A DNA stretch of 64,000 bases from an uncultured Nitrospiraceae bacterium (lineage in GTDB: Bacteria > Nitrospirota > Thermodesulfovibrionia > Thermodesulfovibrionales > SM23-35), in contig CAVSHB010000001.1 of the NCBI GenBank assembly GCA_963727775.1, forward strand, positions 544,001 to 608,000. Direction: 5' to 3'. Shown piece after piece: positions 56,157-64,000 of this stretch (its first letter is position 1; each line of letters opens with the position of its first letter). Under the pieces are notes generated by a model that was given only the letters and a program-made list of their open reading frames with translations, was not told the DNA's origin and did not search any database. Made by a program: the position numbers and the translations under genes.

Positions 56157-56435
56157 ATGCAACAGATAGTCGGATACACACGGGGCGGCAGAACCTGGAC
56201 GCCGAAATTCATTGAATCCATTGATATTGAAAAATGTATCGGTTGCGGCAGGTGTTATAAGGTTTGCAGCAGGGACGTCCTCGAATTGATCGAGAAGCCT
56301 TTTGAAGGAGAAGATGAATACGGAGACGACCTCGGCAACAAAGTTATGTCCATCTCGAACCGCGACAACTGCATAGGCTGTGAGGCATGTTCGCGGATTT
56401 GTACAAAGAAGTGCCATGTCCACATAAGTCTGTAG
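56157..56435 (+). CDS. fdxB: Nif-specific ferredoxin III (2x[4Fe-4S])
   Basis: TRGG..WTPKF, CIGCGRCYKVC and CIGCEACSRIC. Confidence 0.9.
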   Translation: MQQIVGYTRGGRTWTPKFIESIDIEKCIGCGRCYKVCSRDVLELIEKPFEGEDEYGDDLGNKVMSISNRDNCIGCEACSRICTKKCHVHISL

Positions 56436-56518
56436 AGGACTAAAACTTCTGTTTTTATTCCGTATCATAAAAAAAGGATGGCATAGCTTTAAGCCGCTTA
56501 ATTCATAAAATTTGTTGA

Positions 56519-56622
56519 TGCCGACAAATACAGTATTCGCGCTCATTCTCGGGCTGTCGCCCTCCGAGGTAAATTCTTTCTTTGAAAGAATTTAACCCGC
56601 TTAAATACTGTATCTGTCGGCA
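56519..56622. ncRNA. Unassigned structured element, copy 2
   Basis: TGCCGACAAATACAGTATT pairs with AATACTGTATCTGTCGGCA (18/19); inner GGGC/GCCC and AAATTCTTTC/GAAAGAATTT; same junctions as 33690-33794. Confidence 0.6.
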
Positions 56623-56653
56623 ATTTTATTGGATTTGGTAAAATAAACTACAC

Positions 56654-58336
56654 GTGAGACGGATAAAATCGCTATATAAAAGCATTGTTGCGCCCTTTTT
56701 CATAATTGTCCTTTTGTGTACCCACAGCTATGCATTCGAAAAAAGTCCATCTGTTAAGGTACTTGATTCAGGGTTTGACTTGCTCATTAAAAAGAAGATA
56801 GCTAAGTGGGGAAATCCCCTGAAAACATTTATTGCGGGAGAGAGGATATATTCTGCTGTTCTTGTCAAGAGCTTCTATAAAGGAAGAGACTACCGGGCTG
56901 CATGGATCCGGGATGGCCGCGTAACGCAGGCAGATACACTTATAAGGACGATAGAGGAAGCCTATGGCGAAGGGCTGACGCCTGATTACTATCATCTCGG
57001 CCCTATAAGGTCTTTTGTAGATAAGGCAGGAAAATTATCTGACCCATCAAATATGGCAGACCTCGATGTACTCCTGACAGATGCATTCCTTACTCTCGGC
57101 TGCCACCTGTCGGGTGGATGCGTAAATCCGGCGGCTGTTGAATCGGAATGGTTTGCGAAACGTAGGGATGTGGATGTTTCCGCTGTCCTTGAGCAGGCGC
57201 TCAAGAAAAAACAGATCAAAGCTGCCTTAATGCGGCTTCGCCCGGAACACGGCTCCTACGCAAGGCTTAGGGAGGCTCTGGCGCGGTACAGGGAACTATC
57301 ATCAAAGGGTGAACGGCCGCGGGTTTCAGCGGGTCCTTTCTTGAAAAAGGGCTCGACGTCCGGCAGGGTCGTGGAACTAAGAAAAAGACTTGCCGCTTCA
57401 GGTGATCTCGATGCTGACGGGGCAAAAGGAGGAGGCCTGTTTGATGAGAAACTGGAACAGTCCGTGATCATTTTTCAGAAACGGCACGGGCTCAAAGCCG
57501 ACGGCGTTGTCGGCCCTGTTACTCTCAACGCTCTTAACGTTCCATTGAAGCAACGTGTACGACAAATTGAATTGAATATGGAAAGGCTCCGCTGGTTAAG
57601 CGGCAATCACGATCAGCGCTCCATTGTTATTAACATCGCAGATTTCAGTCTGCATGTTATCGAAAACGGGAAGTCAATTCTATCGATGGAAGTAGTCGTG
57701 GGTAAGCCTTATCAGCGCACTCCTGTCTTCACGGCAAAGATGAGTTACGTTGCAATAAACCCTTCATGGAACATCCCGGACAGCATTGCGCGGAAAGAGA
57801 TTCTGAAAAAGATCAAGAAAGACCCTCATTATCTTGCCGAGCAAAACATTAAGGTCTTAAGGGGCCGGGGACCTCACGAAGAAGAAATAAGTCCGGAAGC
57901 AATTGACTGGTCTAAGATCACTCGAGATTCTTTAAAATATGTATTTCGCCAGGAGCCCGGGCCTTTGAATCCCTTGGGGCGCATTAAATTCATGTTCCCG
58001 AATCAGTTTAACGTTTATCTCCATGACACCCCCTCCAAACGCCTGTTTTCGGAGAATGTGCGTACCTTCAGCCACGGCTGCACCCGCATTGAAAAACCCA
58101 TTGAAATGGGGGAGTATGTCTTGCGGGATATTCCCGGCTGGACGCGGACAAAATTATTGGCTGCGATAGATAAAGGAACTGAGCAAAAAGTCCTGCTTCC
58201 TCATCCGTTAAATGTTCATTTCCTTTATCTCACGGCCTGGGTTGATGAAGGGGGCATCCTACAGTTCAGAAATGACATCTACGGAAGGGACAAGATCCTT
58301 GATGAGGCGCTTCGCAGGAAGCCATCTTTGCGCTGA
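56654..58336 (+). CDS. L,D-transpeptidase, YcbB/LdtD type
   Basis: Scaffold domain, PG-binding FQKRHGLKADGVVG, NMERLRW, NPSWNIP, RQEPGPLNPLGRIKFMFPN, YLHDTP, SHGCTR. Confidence 0.93.
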   Translation: MRRIKSLYKSIVAPFFIIVLLCTHSYAFEKSPSVKVLDSGFDLLIKKKIAKWGNPLKTFIAGERIYSAVLVKSFYKGRDYRAAWIRDGRVTQADTLIRTIEEAYGEGLTPDYYHLGPIRSFVDKAGKLSDPSNMADLDVLLTDAFLTLGCHLSGGCVNPAAVESEWFAKRRDVDVSAVLEQALKKKQIKAALMRLRPEHGSYARLREALARYRELSSKGERPRVSAGPFLKKGSTSGRVVELRKRLAASGDLDADGAKGGGLFDEKLEQSVIIFQKRHGLKADGVVGPVTLNALNVPLKQRVRQIELNMERLRWLSGNHDQRSIVINIADFSLHVIENGKSILSMEVVVGKPYQRTPVFTAKMSYVAINPSWNIPDSIARKEILKKIKKDPHYLAEQNIKVLRGRGPHEEEISPEAIDWSKITRDSLKYVFRQEPGPLNPLGRIKFMFPNQFNVYLHDTPSKRLFSENVRTFSHGCTRIEKPIEMGEYVLRDIPGWTRTKLLAAIDKGTEQKVLLPHPLNVHFLYLTAWVDEGGILQFRNDIYGRDKILDEALRRKPSLR

Positions 58337-58471
58337 GGTCCAATATTTTTTACCCGACGGCTTATACTCTGTGTCTTTCAGCTATTTAACGGGTGCGATT
58401 TTCATTGGATATCGGTTATTATAATAAAAGAGGTAATTTCAGTTGATCTTGTTGTTGAACGGAGGCATCCT

Positions 58472-59056
58472 ATGACATCTCAGGAAAAAGCGCCATTCCC
58501 GATAGCCCGCCATAATATAAGCCGCAGAGGTTTTCTCGCGGGAGCGCTGGCAACGACCGCTATGTGCCTTTTCCCCTATAAGGCTGTCGCTGCGGTCTCA
58601 AAAGTATTTATTGCTGAAAAAGCTCTCTCCTTTTATAACACCCACACAGGTGAGAACATGAAAGCCATATACTGGAGCGAGGGCACATATTTGCCACAGG
58701 CATTGGCTGATATAAATTACATATTGCGTGACTACCGCACAGGAGGGGTTAAGGAGATCGATACGGATTTATTAGACCTTCTCTTTGCTCTCCATCAGAA
58801 GCTGGAAAGCAAGAGCCCCTTCAGTATTATTTCGGGATATCGTTCCCAGGAAACCAACTCACTCCTAAACTTTGCGAGCAGAGGAGTGGCAAAAAACAGC
58901 CTGCACATAGATGGAAAAGCAATTGATATCCGTCTTCCCGGTCATGAGCTGAAGGCCCTGCAGCGTGCTGCCGTCGACCTTCGGAAAGGGGGCGTGGGGT
59001 ATTATCCCACCTCCGATTTTGTCCACGTGGATGTGGGAAGAATACGTTACTGGTAA
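58472..59056 (+). CDS. YcbK/MepK (DUF882) peptidase M15 family protein, Tat-exported
   Basis: SRRGFL Tat motif, YNTHTGE, ISGYRS, SLHIDGKAID, GGVGYYP..FVHVD. Confidence 0.92.
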   Translation: MTSQEKAPFPIARHNISRRGFLAGALATTAMCLFPYKAVAAVSKVFIAEKALSFYNTHTGENMKAIYWSEGTYLPQALADINYILRDYRTGGVKEIDTDLLDLLFALHQKLESKSPFSIISGYRSQETNSLLNFASRGVAKNSLHIDGKAIDIRLPGHELKALQRAAVDLRKGGVGYYPTSDFVHVDVGRIRYW

Positions 59057-59194
59057 CCCACAGAGGTCGCCGACAAGGCCGGGCGCAGGTTTCTGTACAT
59101 AATTTCCATTAATTTTCTTCTTCGCCTTCGATTAGTAGTTTACGGTAGGACTGAAGACCCGTTTTTGTTTTATTTGAAAATGAATGGCCTGAGG

Positions 59195-61040
59195 CGTATT
59201 TTCTTTTTAAAAACTACGAGGAACTCCATATGCTGCAATGATTTGAAGGCGATTTCTAATTTCAAGAAAATGGCTACAATTTTACCTTGAGCAGATCAAG
59301 AATCTTTTGCTGACTGTTATCCGGGGTGCAAACAATTCGGCACGAAGAGCCCTGCACTTGAAGTCTCTGCCTTCTCAGGCTCTTTAATCTCTCAATCACA
59401 TACTCAAATGTCCATCTGCGGTGTTTATTTTTTCCGTCAGACTGAAACAGAGGCTTTAGTCTCTGATTCATATGCCACTGCAAGTAGTAGGCAAGCATGC
59501 AAAGAAACACATGACAGCGGATTCGGTCGTCGGTCTTGTGATAAACGGGCCGCACCTCAAGCTGTACGCTCTTTAAGTTCCGAAACGCCTGTTCTACAAG
59601 AGCAAGCTTTTTATATGATGCCACTATTGCCTGCTTTGCCATCAGCCCGGCAGGAACATCGGAGGCAATGATGTAACAGCCGTCAATCAATTCCTCAGTC
59701 TCGATCTTCTCTGTTTTTAATTTCCATGTGAGACGTCCATCCTGTACTGACCACTCTACAAATTTACCTGTCTTCCACTTTCCCAGAACCTTCCCCACCC
59801 TTGCCGCTATCTTCTCGTTTGACGACTTCCGTTTTGATTGGGCTATGCTATCCAATGCCTTTCTGGTGACCTCAATCAAGCCTTTGCGTGTCACAGCTTC
59901 CCTTGTAGCGGTCTTTGGATTGCGGCATAAGCAGTATCGCCGTCCTATCGCCTCAGGATCCACTACTTCAATAATCTCCTTTTCATCAAACATATCGATC
60001 TGAATCACCTTGCGTTCCAGTAGCTCTTTTATCTGGTGGTGTGTTAATGCCGATATTATATTGAGCCCTTTTACATCCTTAACCTTTTCGTAATTGGCAT
60101 GAGTAACCATTCCACGATCACCTACAAAGATTATCTCCTGGATCCCATATTTTTTCTGCACCTCAGCTATTTTATCGGGTACCGTTTGAGCATCCTGAGT
60201 ATTCCCAGGGAAAACTTCCACACCCACAGGGCACCCCTCGGGACTGCAAAGCAGCCCTATCACCATCTGTTCATGCCCCCGCTTGCCGTCCCGGTTATAT
60301 CCGAATTTAACGATCTCACTGTCTTCATACTCGCCCTCAAAATAACTGCTGGTTATATCGTAAAGCACAAGCGCGCCGTTTCGGAGATGCTTTTTCGCCA
60401 ATGTACTTTGGATGGCATCCTGCCTCTGTAAAAGACGATCCATAGGCTCATAACAATGCTTATCTACGTCAACCGGCCCTTCTATCCCGCAGAGTTCCCA
60501 TAATGCCGTGTCCTCCCATCTGTGCGATAAAGCCAGCTTGCTGCCGCTATATACTAAACGGCCGATTATCATGGCAAGACAGTCTTTAACCCACTGCTCG
60601 GAATATCTCGAATAAATCATCTTGTCCAACTCTAATTCCTTCGCCAACTGCAATACCGCATAGGAAGCGCCGTACTCTTTCGATTCCGCGATTTTGTGAG
60701 CGTCGGCTGAACCCTTTACCAGCACATCGCCCCTGAAGGCGGCCTGTATGAGCTTTAGTTGTTCAAGACTCATATCCTTAATGGTCCCATGTGTCGTGTG
60801 CCTGATTTCGCCCTTCTCACGGAAGGTAGTGCGAATAACGCCGTAGTGCTTATTGCCGGAAGTCTGTATTTCGAGATGGGGGCGTGGCTTCTTTTTAAAT
60901 GGCATGGCTACTATTATAGGATATGATTACCACTATGTCAACTATAAAATGCTATATTATATGGCTACATTTGAAAGCCAAATACACGGTAATCTATTGT
61001 AATATAAGCATTTATGGGTGTTTTCATAAAAGAAAATACG
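59195..61040 (-). mobile_element. IS1634-family insertion sequence, 1846 bp
   Basis: 13-bp perfect terminal IR CGTATTTTCTTTT/AAAAGAAAATACG; flanking 6-bp direct repeat CTGAGG (59189-59194 and 61041-61046). Confidence 0.88.
59274..60905 (-). CDS. IS1634-family DDE transposase
   Basis: LYDITSSYFEG, FGYNRDGK, FPGNTQD, VGDRGM, YKKLALVEQAFRNLKS, RPVYH..RIRCHVFLCMLAY. Confidence 0.95.
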   Translation of the reverse strand: MPFKKKPRPHLEIQTSGNKHYGVIRTTFREKGEIRHTTHGTIKDMSLEQLKLIQAAFRGDVLVKGSADAHKIAESKEYGASYAVLQLAKELELDKMIYSRYSEQWVKDCLAMIIGRLVYSGSKLALSHRWEDTALWELCGIEGPVDVDKHCYEPMDRLLQRQDAIQSTLAKKHLRNGALVLYDITSSYFEGEYEDSEIVKFGYNRDGKRGHEQMVIGLLCSPEGCPVGVEVFPGNTQDAQTVPDKIAEVQKKYGIQEIIFVGDRGMVTHANYEKVKDVKGLNIISALTHHQIKELLERKVIQIDMFDEKEIIEVVDPEAIGRRYCLCRNPKTATREAVTRKGLIEVTRKALDSIAQSKRKSSNEKIAARVGKVLGKWKTGKFVEWSVQDGRLTWKLKTEKIETEELIDGCYIIASDVPAGLMAKQAIVASYKKLALVEQAFRNLKSVQLEVRPVYHKTDDRIRCHVFLCMLAYYLQWHMNQRLKPLFQSDGKNKHRRWTFEYVIERLKSLRRQRLQVQGSSCRIVCTPDNSQQKILDLLKVKL

Positions 61041-61566
61041 CTGAGGCACAAAGCCAACGAGAGCATTTGTTACAATCTGTATCAACCGGGTTTCTCGATT
61101 TCTCTCAAAACCGAATCTGAAGAGCGCCGGGTATCAACTCCACCGCGCTACTAAACACCGGATCATAAGAGTCACCAGTGATGATTTTCGAGAGAAGAAC
61201 TACGTGTAACACCAATCATCAGACTGCAGGATTCTACCTCTCATAATTAACATCATCAAGGTGTACATATGTGCAATTTATATTGCCGTAATACCGCAAT
61301 AGGGCCCGATGTTACATAAACACTCTACGCTATCGTTCTTGATTAGCTCCAGATATTGTTTTTTCATAATGCTTATTGTTCAGCAATATCAAACTTATGT
61401 GTGCTGTTCTCTGAGCCAAATGTGAGAGGCCTCATGAATAACTGAACGAATCAATTCCAAATAATGGGCGAAAGCTGCTTAATCACTGTGCCCCCCATGT
61501 AAAATAAGGCCGCTAGACGAAATGATTATAGCTCTTAATGTCATAACGTCTCATTAGGGAGAGGTA

Positions 61567-62982
61567 CTAACTTATATCTACGAAATCCCTTATATCCAGC
61601 CTCTGGTCTACCATCCTCCACTTTCCTGAAGAGGATTGACTGTCCTTGTGTACAGCAACCACAATTCTGACCCTATTGCCATAAGGGCCCAGTCTCTTTC
61701 TAATCTCGCTCAATACGCTGTCCGTATTCTCCTCTTTGTAATACTCAGCAGCATATACCCTCAGCTCCACTTTGCCGGGGCGTTCCTGATAGAGTTGAAA
61801 GCGCCCGATATTTTCTAAGACCCTGTAATCTATGTCGAGATTGACAGAGAAAACCTGCCCTTCCGAACCGATGAGAAAATCACCGATGCGCCCATCCATA
61901 CTTTCCAGCACCTCGTAACGCCTCCCGCACAGAGTACAGGAATTGCCCTTCCTGGTTATATCCCCGGTCACGTATCTGATAAGGGGCATTGCGTAGTTGA
62001 TGAATCCGGTTCCGACCAATTCAAACGCAGAACCCCGAACTGGAAGATACTCGGCATATCCGTATTGCGGATAGAGATGATAAATACCGGAGTGTTCACA
62101 TCCACCGCCGTGTATCACCTTCTCTACCATCCCGTAATCAGAAAACACCCTGGCTCCAAAGACATATTTGATGATTTCCCTCTGCCATTCATACACATTC
62201 TCGGCATAAACAATAACTCCCTTAAGCTTGTTACGCAGTGATTTCCCTCTATTTTTCACAGATGAGGCGAAAGTTGCGACCGCATAAGGAAAGCCTATGA
62301 GATATTCAGGCTTGAAATAGTTGATCATTTCTGTATATTCATCAATCCATTCATCTACAAAGTAATTGCTCGAAAGGATCAGTTTATTTCCGTATTTCTT
62401 CCATGGGAGGCTGTCCTTCTTTCCCTCTCTTATATTCGCTACTAAAAAAACTGTTCTCGAATGCGGGCTGTATCCGCTCCTGCTCCACAGATCAATTATC
62501 GTTGCCCAGTGTTTTTCTTCGGTCTCTTTTGTTCCATAAACTATGAGTGGAATGCCTGTCGTTCCACTAGTAGATGCCGCAATTAATTTGCTCTTATGAA
62601 TGTTTTCTGTTATGAATTCATGATGATTTTCTTTTATTGTAACCTTGTTGATATAGGGCAAAGCCTTAATATCGCTCAAGGCCTGTACCTTCTCCGGTTT
62701 AAACCCGTACTCTCCAAATAACTTTCTGTAGTAAGGCACATTTGCCCCAGCGTGCATCAACAAATCTCTTAATTGTTCGACCTGATAAGCCTCGATCTTA
62801 TCCCTGTCCCACTTTTCTGACTCTTTCAGGAATCCGAGCCAGTATCGAAATGTCGGCCCATAGGACCCATAGGAGATACTGTATCTGAACTTCAGTGGGA
62901 GTCTCTCTAATACTTCCCTAACGGCCTTTTCAATAACCGAGTTGGATTCTATGAATTTCTTAATGATCTCTATGGTACCCAT
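61567..62982 (-). CDS. Phenylacetate-CoA ligase / CapK-like adenylate-forming protein
   Basis: NVPYYR, STSGTTGIP, DYGMVE, ELVGTGFINYAMPLIRYVTGD, DGR, SSGK. Confidence 0.88.
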   Translation of the reverse strand: MGTIEIIKKFIESNSVIEKAVREVLERLPLKFRYSISYGSYGPTFRYWLGFLKESEKWDRDKIEAYQVEQLRDLLMHAGANVPYYRKLFGEYGFKPEKVQALSDIKALPYINKVTIKENHHEFITENIHKSKLIAASTSGTTGIPLIVYGTKETEEKHWATIIDLWSRSGYSPHSRTVFLVANIREGKKDSLPWKKYGNKLILSSNYFVDEWIDEYTEMINYFKPEYLIGFPYAVATFASSVKNRGKSLRNKLKGVIVYAENVYEWQREIIKYVFGARVFSDYGMVEKVIHGGGCEHSGIYHLYPQYGYAEYLPVRGSAFELVGTGFINYAMPLIRYVTGDITRKGNSCTLCGRRYEVLESMDGRIGDFLIGSEGQVFSVNLDIDYRVLENIGRFQLYQERPGKVELRVYAAEYYKEENTDSVLSEIRKRLGPYGNRVRIVVAVHKDSQSSSGKWRMVDQRLDIRDFVDIS

Positions 62983-63366
62983 TACTCAGGATTCTTAACC
63001 AACCTTTTGATTTTTCCGAATAAACCTTTTATATATTGGAGCAAGACATTATAAAAAAGCGATTTCAGGCAATAGGTTGCGGAAATAAAATATAGCATAC
63101 ACGTAATTTTTCCGAGCAAATATATTCCCAATATATATCATGAAAGATTTTCGCTCCAAAAACCCATTTTCCGGCCAGATCCATTCTTTCCCAGTCTCGT
63201 ATGACAACATTGCCTCTCCCGTGCGCTGCCTTCATTGTTTCAACTGACGATACTGCGTAATACTAGTTGTACTCTGTGATTTTAAGAAGTATATCACAGG
63301 TGTCGATAGCAGGAAGTACATCGCCGTGCATGTTTCGGATCGAAGTCGAGACTTCCTCCTGCCAGA

Positions 63367-63415
63367 GTGGCAGGTTTGCTCCGGAACAGGTGGCAGGAAC
63401 GGGTCGGAATCTGCA
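63367..63415 (+). mobile_element. Probable isolated IS21-family terminal remnant
   Basis: 23-bp-period repeat GTGGCAGG..CGGAA twice, ending ..CGGAATCTGCA, resembling IS21-type multi-repeat ends. Confidence 0.5.
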
Positions 63416-63569
63416 CCTACTCGAGTCCGTTTTGAAATGCCCGTTCGATAACTGCTCCCTTTTCAGCGGCTATGCCGTATCCAAGCGGTAAGCGATATCC
63501 TCAGAAAACACGATTATCCCGCCTAAGCGGCCACACAATCGAAGCAATCACCACAGCAAGTCTTACCTC

Positions 63570-64000
63570 CTATTGTACTGTAATAGTTTTCGTGTACACA
63601 TTGTCGGATTCATTGCTTTCAGGAATCACTCCTGTAGCATCGGTAATGATTTTAACTGTATGAGTTCCTGAGGACAATCGTCCTATGGGATAGCCAGTGA
63701 CATATATATAGTACTTCGGTGGAAGTTGAGAACTGTAACTCCATGAAGCTTTCTGCACCCCGTCTACATATAAGTTTGTATAGAAAGTCTTATTGGTCGC
63801 GGCGGTACCATTATTGATTACAGCCCAATCAATATACAGATTGTTAGTCGAGTAAAGAGGACTACTGTCTGTGGTTTTGCCGCTCGTATTGGACACCACA
63901 ATTTTATCTGACCATCCAGCCGGCTGATAGGGAGTCAGATTGGGCAGAGAATTTGTCCCGCTCGTACCGGTAAAGTTGGCCATAACGGTCTTTTGTCCAT
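63570..64000 (-). CDS. C-terminal part of a secreted/surface protein with a CARDB domain (5' end outside window)
   Basis: PNLTPY, WAVINNG, GTHTVKIITD..IPESNESDN; frame is open to the window edge (GQKTVMANF). Confidence 0.75.
   Translation of the reverse strand, partial: GQKTVMANFTGTSGTNSLPNLTPYQPAGWSDKIVVSNTSGKTTDSSPLYSTNNLYIDWAVINNGTAATNKTFYTNLYVDGVQKASWSYSSQLPPKYYIYVTGYPIGRLSSGTHTVKIITDATGVIPESNESDNVYTKTITVQ

Noticed and set aside
56479..56494. Sigma54 promoter TGGCATAGCTTTAAGC before ycbB
   Set aside because: GG-to-GC spacing is 11 rather than 10 and the -12 TTGC is missing
55537..56546. Minus-strand ORFs of 214 aa and 136 aa
   Set aside because: Shadow frames of nifI1/nifI2/fdxB with no recognisable motifs
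61047..61560. Coding remnant between the IS and the capK-like gene
   Set aside because: Only very short frames with no recognisable family

Overview
Bacterial genomic window, most likely from a Nitrospirota/deltaproteobacteria-like anaerobe (inferred from gene content and repeat style, not proven). 1-38.6 kb is a co-directional (+) surface-polysaccharide locus with many GT4/GT2 glycosyltransferases, about six SAM methyltransferase domains, a sulfotransferase, Wzy/O-antigen-ligase-like and GT-C membrane proteins, two bi-domain oxidoreductases, a heparinase II/III-like protein, wecB, a DegT aminotransferase, a priming sugar transferase and a CapD/PglF dehydratase. It carries at least 10 apparent frameshifts. 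38.6-43.4 kb is a minus-strand operon: EndoIII-like glycosylase, uvrB, an AcsE-like pterin-binding protein and a B12-binding radical SAM enzyme. Next come leuD, leuB, tRNA-Asn, an orphan hicB, a flavin reductase and a methyltransferase. 47.8-56.4 kb is a Mo-nitrogenase cluster (UAS/IHF/sigma54 promoter, nifH nifD nifK nifEN-fusion nifX nifI1 nifI2 fdxB). The window ends with ycbB/ycbK-like genes, an intact IS1634-family element, a CapK/PaaK-like gene, mobile-element scraps and a partial CARDB protein. The best candidate novelty is a ~105-nt structured element present twice (33690-33794 and 56519-56622). Its stems differ completely in sequence but still pair, its junction sequences are invariant, and each copy lies just 5' of a cell-envelope gene. 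Also notable are a sulfotransferase/methyltransferase cassette bounded by 53-bp direct repeats, the AcsE-like/B12 radical SAM pair, and a repeat-like NifE-NifN linker.
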